A stretch of 64,000 bases of DNA from Macrostomum lignano (lineage: Eukaryota), in NCBI GenBank assembly GCA_002269645.1, contig NIVC01001387.1, positions 190,136-254,135 on the forward strand. Direction: 5' to 3'. The position numbers and the translations under genes are program-made. Shown here in pieces: positions 27,455 through 37,977 of this stretch (position 1 is the stretch's first letter; every line of letters starts with the position of its first letter). A model generated the notes under the pieces. The model was given only the letters and a program-made list of their open reading frames with translations, did not search any database and was not told where the DNA came from.

Positions 27455-27896
27455 CAAGTCACACTGAAGTTAGAGGCGATAGAGAACAAGGTCACACTGA
27501 GGATAGAGGCGATAGAGAACAAGGTCACACTGAGGATAGAGACGATAGAGAACAATGTCACACTAAGGATAGAGGCGATAGAGAACAAGGTCACACTGAG
27601 GATAGAGGCGATAGAGAACAAGGTCACACTGAGGATAGAGGCGATAGAGAACAAGGTCACACTGAGGATAGAGGCGATAGAGAACAAGGTCACACTGAGG
27701 ATAGAGGCGATAGAGAACAATGTCACACTGAGGATAGAGGCGATAGAGAGCAAGGTCACACTGAGGATAGAGGCGATAGAGAGCAAGGTCACACTGAGGA
27801 TAGAGGCGATAGAGAACAATGTCACACTGAGGATAGAGGCGATAGAGAACAAGGTCACACTGAGGATAGAGGCGATAGAGAACAATGTCACACTGA
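27455..27896. repeat. Minisatellite, 33-bp unit AGAGAACAAGGTCACACTGAGGATAGAGGCGAT
   Basis: Direct. Confidence 0.95.
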
Positions 27897-28439
27897 GTTA
27901 CTAAAACACAGTTACAACAAAGCCACAGAGCCCAGATGCAGAAGAATTTCGCATAGTTGCTAAGGCACTTAACGGGCACATACTTATTGGCAGTAGTAAG
28001 TGATCTGTCACTGTCTCCGCATACTAGGATGGCTGTCAGTCCTTGCAGAGGCAACAGACTGAAGAAGGATATTAGCTATGACAGATTAGTCTGCTAGTGG
28101 ATCGTTATATACCTTCAAAACTGCTATTTTTTGCTTCATAGTTGCCCCATTTTGCACGTGCGGCCCGCGTTAAGCTGCGCGCAACTGGAAACCGGGAACA
28201 CGAAGCTATTGATTTTTTTTCTAATTTCTTCGTACATAATGCAGAGATTGGCCAAGGTAGCTAAGCAAGCTGCAGGTGAAAAATCGCGGGGTTAGGAATA
28301 AAGAAGAAATCTGCTGCATCTTCCAGTGCAAGTGAAAGATAAGGAAGGTGCCGCCGACTTTCTGAAATGCTGGATTTTCGATGAAATATTGCTGAACAGT
28401 TATTAATTAAACGCTATATGGTTTCCTTTTCGTAAGCTC

Positions 28440-29548
28440 CGTGTCTGTTAAGGATCCGCCTCTAACAGAACTGTGTGTCTGTCAAGGATCCGCCTCTAAC
28501 AGAACTGTGTGTCTGTTAAGGATCCGCCTCTACTAGACCTGTGTGTCTGTCAATGATCCGCCTCCAACAGACCTATGTGTCTGTCAAGGATCCGCCTCTA
28601 CTAGACCTGTGTGTCTGTCAAGAATCCACCTCTACTAGACCTGTGTGTCTGTCAAGGATCCGCCTCCAACAGACCTATGTGTCTGTCAAGGATCCGCCTC
28701 TACTAGACCTGTGTCTGTTAAGGATCCGCCTCTACTAGACCTGTGTGTCTGTCAAGAATCCGCCTCTACTAGACCTGTGTGTCTGTCAAGGATCCGCCTC
28801 TACTAGACCTGTGTGTCTGTCAAGAATCCGCCTCTACTAGACCTGTGTGTCTGTCAAGGATCCGCCTCTACTAGACCTGTGTCTGTTAAGGATCCGCCTC
28901 TACTAGACCTGTGTGTCTGTCAAGAATCCGCCTCTACTAGACCTGTGTGTCTGTCAAGGATCCGCCTCTACTAGACCTGTGTGTCTGTCAAGAATCCGCC
29001 TCTACTAGACCTGTGTGTCTGTCAAGAATCCGCCTCTACTAGACCTGTGTGTCTGTCAAGGATCCGCCTCTACTAGACCTGTGTGTCTGTCAAGGATCCG
29101 CCTCTACTAGACCTGTGTGTCTGTCAAGGATCCGCCTCTACTAGACCTGTGTGTCTGTCAAGGATCCGCCTCTACTAGACCTGTGTCTGTTAAGGATCCG
29201 CCTCTACTAGACCTGTGTCTGTTAAGGATCCGCCTCTACTAGACCTGTGTGTCTGTCAAGGATCCGCCTCTACTAGACCTGTGTGTCTGTCAAGGATCCG
29301 CCTCTACTAGACCTGTGTGTCTGTCAAGAATCCGCCTCTACTAGACCTGTGTGTCTGTCAAGGATCCGCCTCTACTAGACCTGTGTGTCTGTCAAGGATC
29401 CGCCTCTACTAGACCTGTGTGTCTGTCAAGGATCCGCCTCTACTAGACCTGTGTGTCTGTCAAGGATCCGCCTCTACTAGACCTGTGTGTCTGTCAAGGA
29501 TCCGCCTCTACTAGACCTGTGTGTCTGTCAAGGATCCGCCTCTACCAG
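28440..29548. repeat. Minisatellite, 34-bp unit AGACCTGTGTGTCTGTCAAGGATCCGCCTCTACT (32-bp variants)
   Basis: Direct. Confidence 0.95.
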
Positions 29549-30005
29549 ACAGAAAAGTCTAGCTTGTATAAATATCAACAGCTCAAACCGATGGGTCAAA
29601 TGCAATTTCAAAATGAAGAAGCTCATCTTCGAGGCAATTTTGACCTAATCTAATTTATTAGCAAGAAGATGCCAGAAAACTCAACAAAGTAGTTCATTGG
29701 AGGAATCTGAACTTTATATTAAACGATTCGTCCTTATAGAAGTACGACTATATAAAAGTGCGGCATGTGTCGCCGGACAACTGAAGCTCGCAATGTCTCA
29801 ACTTCTCGTGAGTGCACCTCGGACAAAACACACAGGGATGCTGATATCTTAGACTTTATATATAGCTGGCTGATGCTTTTTAACTTGTAACATCATTTTA
29901 CTTAAGATATCAACAATAGTGACTGTAAAGTTTCGAAACCTTGATTGATTGAAAAAAATTTATTCTTTTCCTTGTTGCCTCCCCAGAGGGGGCGCAGATT
30001 GCTAG

Positions 30006-30175
30006 TCCTATATACTAAAAATGAATCAGAGAGACAGTCCACGATATACCATCAATGTATATCTGAAGTAGAAGGCCGCTAAAACTCGAATTTCTTAGAA
30101 GTGAGTCGGTACGTCGGTACGTATATTTAATTGCCGTATTGTCGAGAAAAATCCGACTTCTCGAGGGCATACTAG
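30006..30175 (+). mobile_element. Possible short non-autonomous Helitron-like element
   Basis: 5' TCCTATATACTAAAA; 3' hairpin TCGAGAA-9nt-TTCTCGA followed by GGGCATA-CTAG|T. The base 5' of the element is G rather than the usual A. Confidence 0.3.
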
Positions 30176-31080
30176 TAACTAAATGCACCAGCGGATAAGA
30201 CGAATAAGAGCTGCGCGTTCCAAACCTGACTTAAGCTCATTTTAAAAAAAATCGAGTTTAGCGCCCTTCTATCAAAACTTCAGTTGCCCATGGTACCAGT
30301 CTATGACAAACGGATGGTTCTAATTCACGTATCCTTCCAATATAGGCCAGCTGAAGGCTCCGAACATCCCCTGCAGATAGTTATCTGAGCAGCGCTGACC
30401 AGTCGGTGTTGACTTTAGATTGGCTCATCCAACAGCCGCTACTGTTTTTCTGCTGCTCTGAAACACTCGAATCATCAAGCCTCGTTTGATGATCCCCGCT
30501 CCCAGCGCCGCCTGGACAAACATCCGTGTCTCTCTCTCTCTCCTAACCCACAATTCCTATCGCAGAAACTGCTCCAAAGTGAGCTTACTCAAAAAAGCCC
30601 ACATATCATCGAAAAAAATACTATATATTAAACTTATTGACGGGTCCAGAGTCGGTATACGATATGTCGAGAGCAGAGCTCAGGATTCGAATATAGTGAG
30701 ACAGTAAGTTTTATACACCGAAGAAGTTCTAACGGATCTGTTTCCCCATATATCTGGCTCTCTTATTTCTGTAAGACCATCAACCAACCCTGTGCGAACA
30801 CTTCAGGTAGAGACGAGCGAGTCTCCCAAGTAGGCAGTCGTCAGAAGCCTGAAGCAAAGAGACGGCGAGCGAGTAGTAGCACGTGACTTCCCTTTTCTAC
30901 CCAGAATATCTCTCTTCTATTTTATAGAAGCTGTTCTCAGAAGAAATGAGAAGTAGAGCCGGCATGGCGACTTAGAGAGGGTGCGAGTGACAAGACCGAG
31001 GGGAACGAGGGGCGGTTTCATTGTTATGCACTTGTGCTCCAATTGTACTGCCGCAATTGTACTTATACCGTACAACATTA

Positions 31081-31366
31081 CAGTCTAGTGGTTAGGGTGT
31101 CGGACTTACGACTGGAAGGTCGGGGGTTCGATTCCCGATCCCACTGGAACAGTTTGTGCCATTGAGCAAGACACTTAACTCTGCATTGCTTCAGTTTAAT
31201 CAGATGTAAGCTGGGGTAATTGAGGGTGTGTGTGGCGACTCCCCAGTCCTTGAACTGAACAGCCATACGCAGCCTTCAGATGCGCCGCACAATAGCTGCG
31301 GCTGAGCTGTCGGTTGCACATCTGGAGGGCAGTTGTAATAGAAAATAATTATAATTATAATTATTT
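31081..31366 (+). mobile_element. tRNA-derived SINE with CORE-like central domain and (ATAATT)n tail
   Basis: tRNA-like head AGTCTAGTGGTTAGGG...GGTTCGATTCC (B box 31125-31135); central GTGCCATTGAGCAAGACACTTAACTCTGCATTGCTTCAGTTTAATCAGATGTAAGCTGGGGTAAT resembles the CORE/MIR core as I recall it; AT-rich simple-repeat tail. Confidence 0.7.
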
Positions 31367-31511
31367 CTTAGTATAGGAAGTTTAAATTAATCTGATTGTC
31401 TACCATGCCTGTCTGTCTATCTATCTGTCGGTTTGTCTGCCTGTTTATCCATAGTATCTAAGCTTTTTAGAATCGGTCTGTCTGGCTGTCTGTCTGCTTT
31501 AATATCTGATT

Positions 31512-32025
31512 CAGTGGCGTGCGCAGGAGGGAAGGCATGGGGCTGCGCCAACCCCCCCCCCCCTAAAATTACGTTCTTCCAAAAACGAATTAAGGAGGTA
31601 ATCAAGCTCGTCGAATGACAGAAGCTTAGCTTTTGTCACTATAGCCATCAAGAGACAGGGGCGCCTACCAAGAGACAGGGGCGCCTAACAAGAGACAGGG
31701 GCGCCTAACAAGAGACAGGGGCGCCTAACAAGAGACAGGGGCGCCTACCAAGAGACAGGGGCGAATACCAAGAGACAGGGGCGCCAACCAAGAGACAGGG
31801 GCGCCTAACAAGAGACAGGGGCGCCCAACAAGAGACAGGGGCGCCTAACAAGAGACAGGGGCGCCTACCAAGAGACAGGGGCGAATACCAAGAGACAGGG
31901 GCGCCAACCAAGAGACAGGGGCGCCTAACAAGAGACAGGGGCGCCCAACAAGAGACAGGGGCGCCAACCAAGACCCACCGCAACGATTGCAGCGCCTCCA
32001 ATTAAAGTTCTTGCTCACGCCACTA
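31512..32025. mobile_element. hAT-like MITE enclosing a 20-bp minisatellite (CAAGAGACAGGGGCGCCTA(A/C), 31645-31972)
   Basis: TIR CAGTGGCGTGCGCAGG versus reverse complement of the right end TAGTGGCGTGAGCAAG (13/16); 8-bp flanks ATCTGATT/GGCTGACT match only 5/8. Confidence 0.55.
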
Positions 32026-32026
32026 G

Positions 32027-32265
32027 GCTGACTGTCCGTCTACTTTAGCATCTGTGTGTCTGACTGTCCGTCTATTTTAGCATCTGTGTGTCTGACTGTC
32101 CGTCTACTTTAGCATCTGTGTGTCTGACTGTCCGTCTACTTTAGCATCTGTGTGTCTGACTGTCCGTCTATTTTAGCATCTGTGTGTCTGACTGTCCGTC
32201 TACTTTAGCATCTGTGTGTCTGACTGTCCGTCTACTTTAGCATCTGTGTGTCTGACTGTCCGTCT
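32027..32265. repeat. Minisatellite, 32-bp unit CTGACTGTCCGTCTACTTTAGCATCTGTGTGT
   Basis: Direct. Confidence 0.93.
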
Positions 32266-33601
32266 GGCTGTCTGTGACTGCAGTCGTCGATCGTGCCTGT
32301 TTCTAAAATATTTCCTTCAAATAATACTGCAGAGAGCTATCACTAAAACAGCGCTTGTTGGATGGGCTAGAGGCGCACAAATCCAGTCTATATCTCGATT
32401 TCAATATCTCCTTTACGAGTTATCTGGGATTGCATCAGCTTCTTTCCTCCCTCTCGAGTTACTCCTCACTCCAGCTGTGATTTGTTCCATCAAAAACGTG
32501 ACATGCCCATGTCTCATCGCCGCTTCAGCTCGCAGCAGCTGCAAAATGCGCCAGGACGCTGAAGAGTGGAAAAGTGTAGCGGGGGCTCGGTTTACAAAAG
32601 AAAATTGCCAATTAAGAAACGAAGCTGCCTACCCGTTAAGACTTGTTTGACTAAGGGTGACATGAGAAGTGTCTGCTGTTTTATTTTTGGCTTGAATCCG
32701 GCCTCAGTCAGAGTTTGGCTAGATAGAGTTTGAAGCAATTAGGATTTTGATATGATTTCTCCTATTTACCTTTTGCTATCTTTCGTCTCCTCCCCTGTAT
32801 GCCCTACTGCATCGCCTCCTCTCTCCTTTCTCCTCTCTCTCCTCTCTCGACTCCTCTCTTCTCTCTCCTCTTCTCACTCCTCCCTCATCTCTCCTCTCCT
32901 CTCTCCTCTCTCCCTTCTCCTCTCTCCCTTCTGCTCTCTCCTTTCTCCTCTCTTCCTCCTTCCACTCCAACATCTCTCTCAACGATCCCTCTCATCCACT
33001 CGCGCATTTTTCTCAACTGACAAAGTTTATTAACTTTTCAAAAGACTCAGGCTTACATTAGCATACTATATGTGCTCAGACTCTCAATACGAAACTTTAC
33101 CGCTTAAAGTACTCGCACGTAAAAAAAGACACTCTTGCTTGCAGTTTTAGTTCTTAACAAAAAACTTTGATAGCCTCTGCTAGCATATTTCTAGCCCTGT
33201 GTTCCCCAAACTTGAGAAGAAAATGGAAGAAATACTCGTCGAACGATAGAGACGGATTATAGCGAGGGTCTCGTGGACAGGAGTAGGGACAAATGTGTGC
33301 CTTCGGGCCAGCGGCCAACGGCCAGCATTATAAATAATTCATTTTTAAGAAATATGGAGAGATTGCAGAAGAATTGGCCCGACGATTGAACCGGGGGACG
33401 GGGATCGAGGGAGTCGTTTCGTATCAGGAAATGAAGGGATGAAGTTGGAGCTGATGCTCGGCATTTTGGTTCGTTCAAGGGTAATAAAATAATAAAGCCA
33501 GTGAGTTATTAATTGTATGGGAGTCTGCGATTCGGAATCAACCTCTGTAGTTGGTTAAAACGAAAGTGCAAATGCAAAATGTGAATAGCACTAGGGCTCG
33601 T

Positions 33602-35322
33602 TTAATGAGACACTGTTCCAGCTCTAATGAGACACTGTTCCAGCTCTAATGAGACACTGTTCCAGCTCTAATGAGACACTGTTCCAGCTCTAATGAGACA
33701 CTGTTCCAGCTCTAATGAGACACTGTTCCAGCTCTAATGAGACACTGTTCCAGCTCTAATGAGACACTGTTCCAGCTCTAATGAGACACTGTTCCAGCTC
33801 TAATCAGACACTGTTCCAGCTCTAATGAGACACTGTTCCAGCTCTAATCAGACACTGTTCCAGCTCTAATGAGACACTGTTCCAGCTCTAATGAGACACT
33901 GTTCCAGCTCTAATCAGACACTGTTCCAGCTCTAATGAGACACTGTTCCAGCTCTAATGAGACACTGTTCCAGCTCTAATCAGACACTGTTCCAGCTCTA
34001 ATGAGACACTGTTCCAGCTCTAATGAGACACTGTTCCAGCTCTAATGAGACACTGTTCCAGCTCTAATGAGACACTGTTCCAGCTCTAATGAGACACTGT
34101 TCCAGCTCTAATCAGACACTGTTCCAGCTCTAATGAGACACTGTTCCAGCTCTAATGAGACACTGTTCCAGCTCTAATGAGACACTGTTCCAGCTCTAAT
34201 GAGACACTGTTCCAGCTCTAATGAGACACTGTTCCAGCTCTAATGAGACACTGTTCCAGCTCTAATGAGACACTGTTCCAGCTCTAATGAGACACTGTTC
34301 CAGCTCTAATCAGACACTGTTCCAGCTCTAATGAGACACTGTTCCAGCTCTAATCAGACACTGTTCCAGCTCTAATGAGACACTGTTCCAGCTCTAATGA
34401 GACACTGTTCCAGCTCTAATGAGACACTGTTCCAGCTCTAATCAGACACTGTTCCAGCTCTAATGAGACACTGTTCCAGCTCTAATCAGACACTGTTCCA
34501 GCTCTAATGAGACACTGTTCCAGCTCTAATGAGACACTGTTCCAGCTCTAATGAGACACTGTTCCAGCTCTAATCAGACACTGTTCCAGCTCTAATGAGA
34601 CACTGTTCCAGCTCTAATGAGACACTGTTCCAGCTCTAATGAGACACTGTTCCAGCTCTAATGAGACACTGTTCCAACTCTAATGAGACACTGTTCCAGC
34701 TCTAATGAGACACTGTTCCAGCTCTAATCAGACACTGTTCCAGCTCTAATGAGACACTGTTCCAGCTCTAATGAGACACTGTTCCAGCTCTAATGAGACA
34801 CTGTTCCAGCTCTAATCAGACACTGTTCCAGCTCTAATGAGACACTGTTCCAGCTCTAATGAGACACTGTTCCAGCTCTAATGAGACACTGTTCCAGCTC
34901 TAATGAGACACTGTTCCAGCTCTAATGAGACACTGTTCCAGCTCTAATGAGACACTGTTCCAGCTCTAATGAGACACTGTTCCAGCTCTAATGAGACACT
35001 GTTCCAGCTCTAATGAGACACTGTTCCAGCTCTAATGAGACACTGTTCCAGCTCTAATGAGACACTGTTCCAGCTCTAATGAGACACTGTTCCAGCTCTA
35101 ATGAGACACTGTTCCAGCTCTAATCAGACACTGTTCCAGCTCTAATGAGACACTGTTCCAGCTCTAATGAGACACTGTTCCAGCTCTAATGAGACACTGT
35201 TCCAGCTCTAATGAGACACTGTTCCAGCTCTAATGAGACACTGTTCCAGCTCTAATGAGACACTGTTCCAGCTCTAATGAGACACTGTTCCAGCTCTAAT
35301 GAGACACTGTTCCAGCTCTAAT
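33602..35322. repeat. Highly homogeneous minisatellite, 22-bp unit CTCTAAT(G/C)AGACACTGTTCCAG, about 78 copies
   Basis: Direct; essentially a single polymorphic position. Confidence 0.98.
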
Positions 35323-35506
35323 GATGAGATAGAATTCCAAAGTAAAACTCCGATAGAGCGACAAAGTAGAAATCAGATAGACTCCAAAGTGGAAATCAGA
35401 ATATAATCCCAATAAATAAATCATACCATAAGCTAATCATTAATTGACCTTTCAGCAGAAGAGCATTCCTCACAGCGGCAGGAATTTCAACAGCCTCGAA
35501 GCAAAG

Positions 35507-37977
35507 ATGCAAGCCAACGAGTCCGCTACAAACAACATCTCATGCGATTCAGTCGAGCTCTTCTCCATCACGGTGGAGCACCCAGCCTATCTCACCCAAC
35601 TCGCCATCTGTTTTGCCGGCCTGGGTTTGAACGCAATCACCATGGCGGTATTTTTTGCTGGCAAAGAGTTCAAAGGGGCGCCGTTCGTGTTCATGACAGC
35701 CCTGGCCTTGTTTGACATTCTCACTTTGCTGCTTAAGGCTCCAGAGTGCTTCGTTCAGGCAGTGAGAAAGTGAGCACTTTTGTTTCTATGGCGTTATTGA
35801 TTTTTCTCGGTAAGACCGCATTAGTCACTTTACTAATCCCACTATTACCGAACCCACTCTCCATAAGACACGCTAGTCGTGCTTTTACTTAATTAGGAGA
35901 CACACCCCTTTTGGCTACTCACAGCTGACCCGTCCGTTAATTAGAGTCGTCGCACCCAGCGCGGTCTCAAATAACAGTCTTGGCAATTTTTACGAGTATC
36001 AATAGCTGACCTTTGAGTCGCTAAATCCATGTTGAGCCTAAATGAATGCATTGTGAGCTTAACTTTTCCTGACTAAATTAACTCAAAAAGCTTTCTCAAA
36101 GTGCTTTTAACAAGAGTTTTTTTTTGTAATTCTTTTGACTAAATAAATCAAATCGTTTACTCTAAAAGAACCTAAAGCTTAAAAGTCGTGTACTAAATTG
36201 CTGGGTCAAACAAGCTCAATTAGGTTGGGCGTCAATGATTGCATTCGAAGTTGCATGCTTGTCAGTTTGAATTTCTCCAATGACCAGTACAGTCCTAATA
36301 ATTTTCCTAATGTAAATATTAGTCCTAATAATCTCCCTAATGTAAATATTAGTCCTAATAATCTCTCCCGTATTATTCTGACTCAACGCATCAACATTCC
36401 AGGAAGCCTCGGGGCTCTGAAGCGATCCGCCAGACCAAGCTGCTCATGTACTTCCTGTTGGCCAACGGACTCAGCCCGCTGAACAGTATCACGGAGACCG
36501 CCAGCATTTGGCTAACTGTGTGCCTAGCCTTAGAAAGATACATCTCGATGAGTCACTATAACATCTCTAAGACTCGTTGCACCTCGTTCAACGCCATTCT
36601 AATCACAGTCGGCATCGTCGGAGCATCGACTGTTATTAACCTGTACTCATTTTTCGGCTTCCGAGCTCGTTACGGGTACGACAAGAGTAAAAATCGAAGC
36701 TACGTAGAGGCCGAACGACTGGAATTCTTCTACAGCCCCTGGTACGAGGTGGCCACCTGGTCGCGTGCCATAGTCAGCCAATTCGTCTCGCTAATCTTTC
36801 TGGCCGTGGCTAATCTCTGCCTAATCTGGGTGCTGCGAAGGCAGTCTAGGCGGATGAAGAAATATTCCACTAGTTCCGGCGGCGGCGGAGGCGCCGGAAC
36901 CGGAAATCGCAGCCGCTGGGGCGCCGGCGAGGACAGCAGCACGTCAATGTCGGCAACGTTGACAACGCCGATAAAGCGTCCAAGCGTCAGCGTTCGACGC
37001 CAGATGGCTCAGCGACGACTAACAGCCATGCTAATTGTGGTCATCTGCCTGGTGCTGCTGGGCCAGATTCCGTGGACGTTCGCGTTTCACAACCTGTTCC
37101 CTCTTCGGTACCTGTGCGGCTGCGGCCTAGACCAGTGCCTGGTTTACCGGCTGTACCGTCTGGTGGCCAATCTGCCCAACCTGCTGTGCTACAGTTGCAA
37201 CTTTTTTATCTACTTCGGCTTGAACAAGCACTTCAGAGCGCACGCTATTTATTTGATGACCTGCGGCAGAAAGAAGCTTCGAAATCTGTCTGGTGAGCCA
37301 AGTTCTTGGTCTGCAAAAGCGTGGGGTTGTTATTCAAAGGTTCATGCAGCTTATATCCTGGACTATGCGCTCTGACGCATCTGACACCTACTTGGCACCT
37401 CTGACACATTTTAATTCCAGGACAAAGTAGTAATCGTGGTTCCATATGCCTTTAGAAACCGGCTTCTGTGTGAGCCATTCAGTCAAGTCAGATAATAAAG
37501 TCAGGGCCGCTGTAAATCCCGCGAGAACCTGTGTATGCGTGCCTATCTGTGTGCGTGCTCGTTCTCAGGGCTTCTGCCTTGATTCTGCCCATTAACTAGC
37601 TAACAAACTGACTCGAACAACTTGCAGCTAATGGCTATTGCTCAACAGCGGGTGCTCAAAGCGAGCGTCGCTCTAACCAGCACGGAGCAGCAGCGGCGGC
37701 GGCGGCAGCGGCAGCGGCGGCAGGTAGCAACGAAATACGAGACGCGCCGGCACTTGTGGAAGAGGCTGAAGATGCCAACGAAGACGAGTTCGACGCGATG
37801 CTGTCTCCGCTGCTGTACAGCCACGGAAATTACAGTGGCAACGAGCTGCCCGATGGCTGCCAGCCGCCCATCGACTTGACGCTGCGTCGTAGGCTGTCAA
37901 GCGACTTGGAGTTCATCGATAGCGACTCGTCGACCACGCTTAGAAAAGACAGTCAGCAGTTGAGATTTAAAGAGTGA
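35507..37977 (+). CDS. Class A (rhodopsin-like) peptide GPCR, FMRFamide-receptor-like group, 493 aa, 3 exons
   Basis: Exons 35507-35769, 36403-37292, 37649-37977 (GT-AG, phases 2 and 1, total 1482 nt, open). TM1 GLGLNAITM, TM2 LALFD, TM3 TASIWLTVCLALERY, TM6 LLGQIP, TM7 YSCNFFIY; N-glycosylation sequons in the N-terminus. Confidence 0.9.

Noticed and set aside
31081-31145. Functional tRNA gene
   Set aside because: The acceptor stem is incomplete and the sequence continues into a SINE body.
37293-37375. Unspliced GPCR C-terminus to the stop at 37375
   Set aside because: A good donor (CTG|GTGAGC) and a phase-matched GC-rich exon at 37649 fit better; retained only as a possible isoform.
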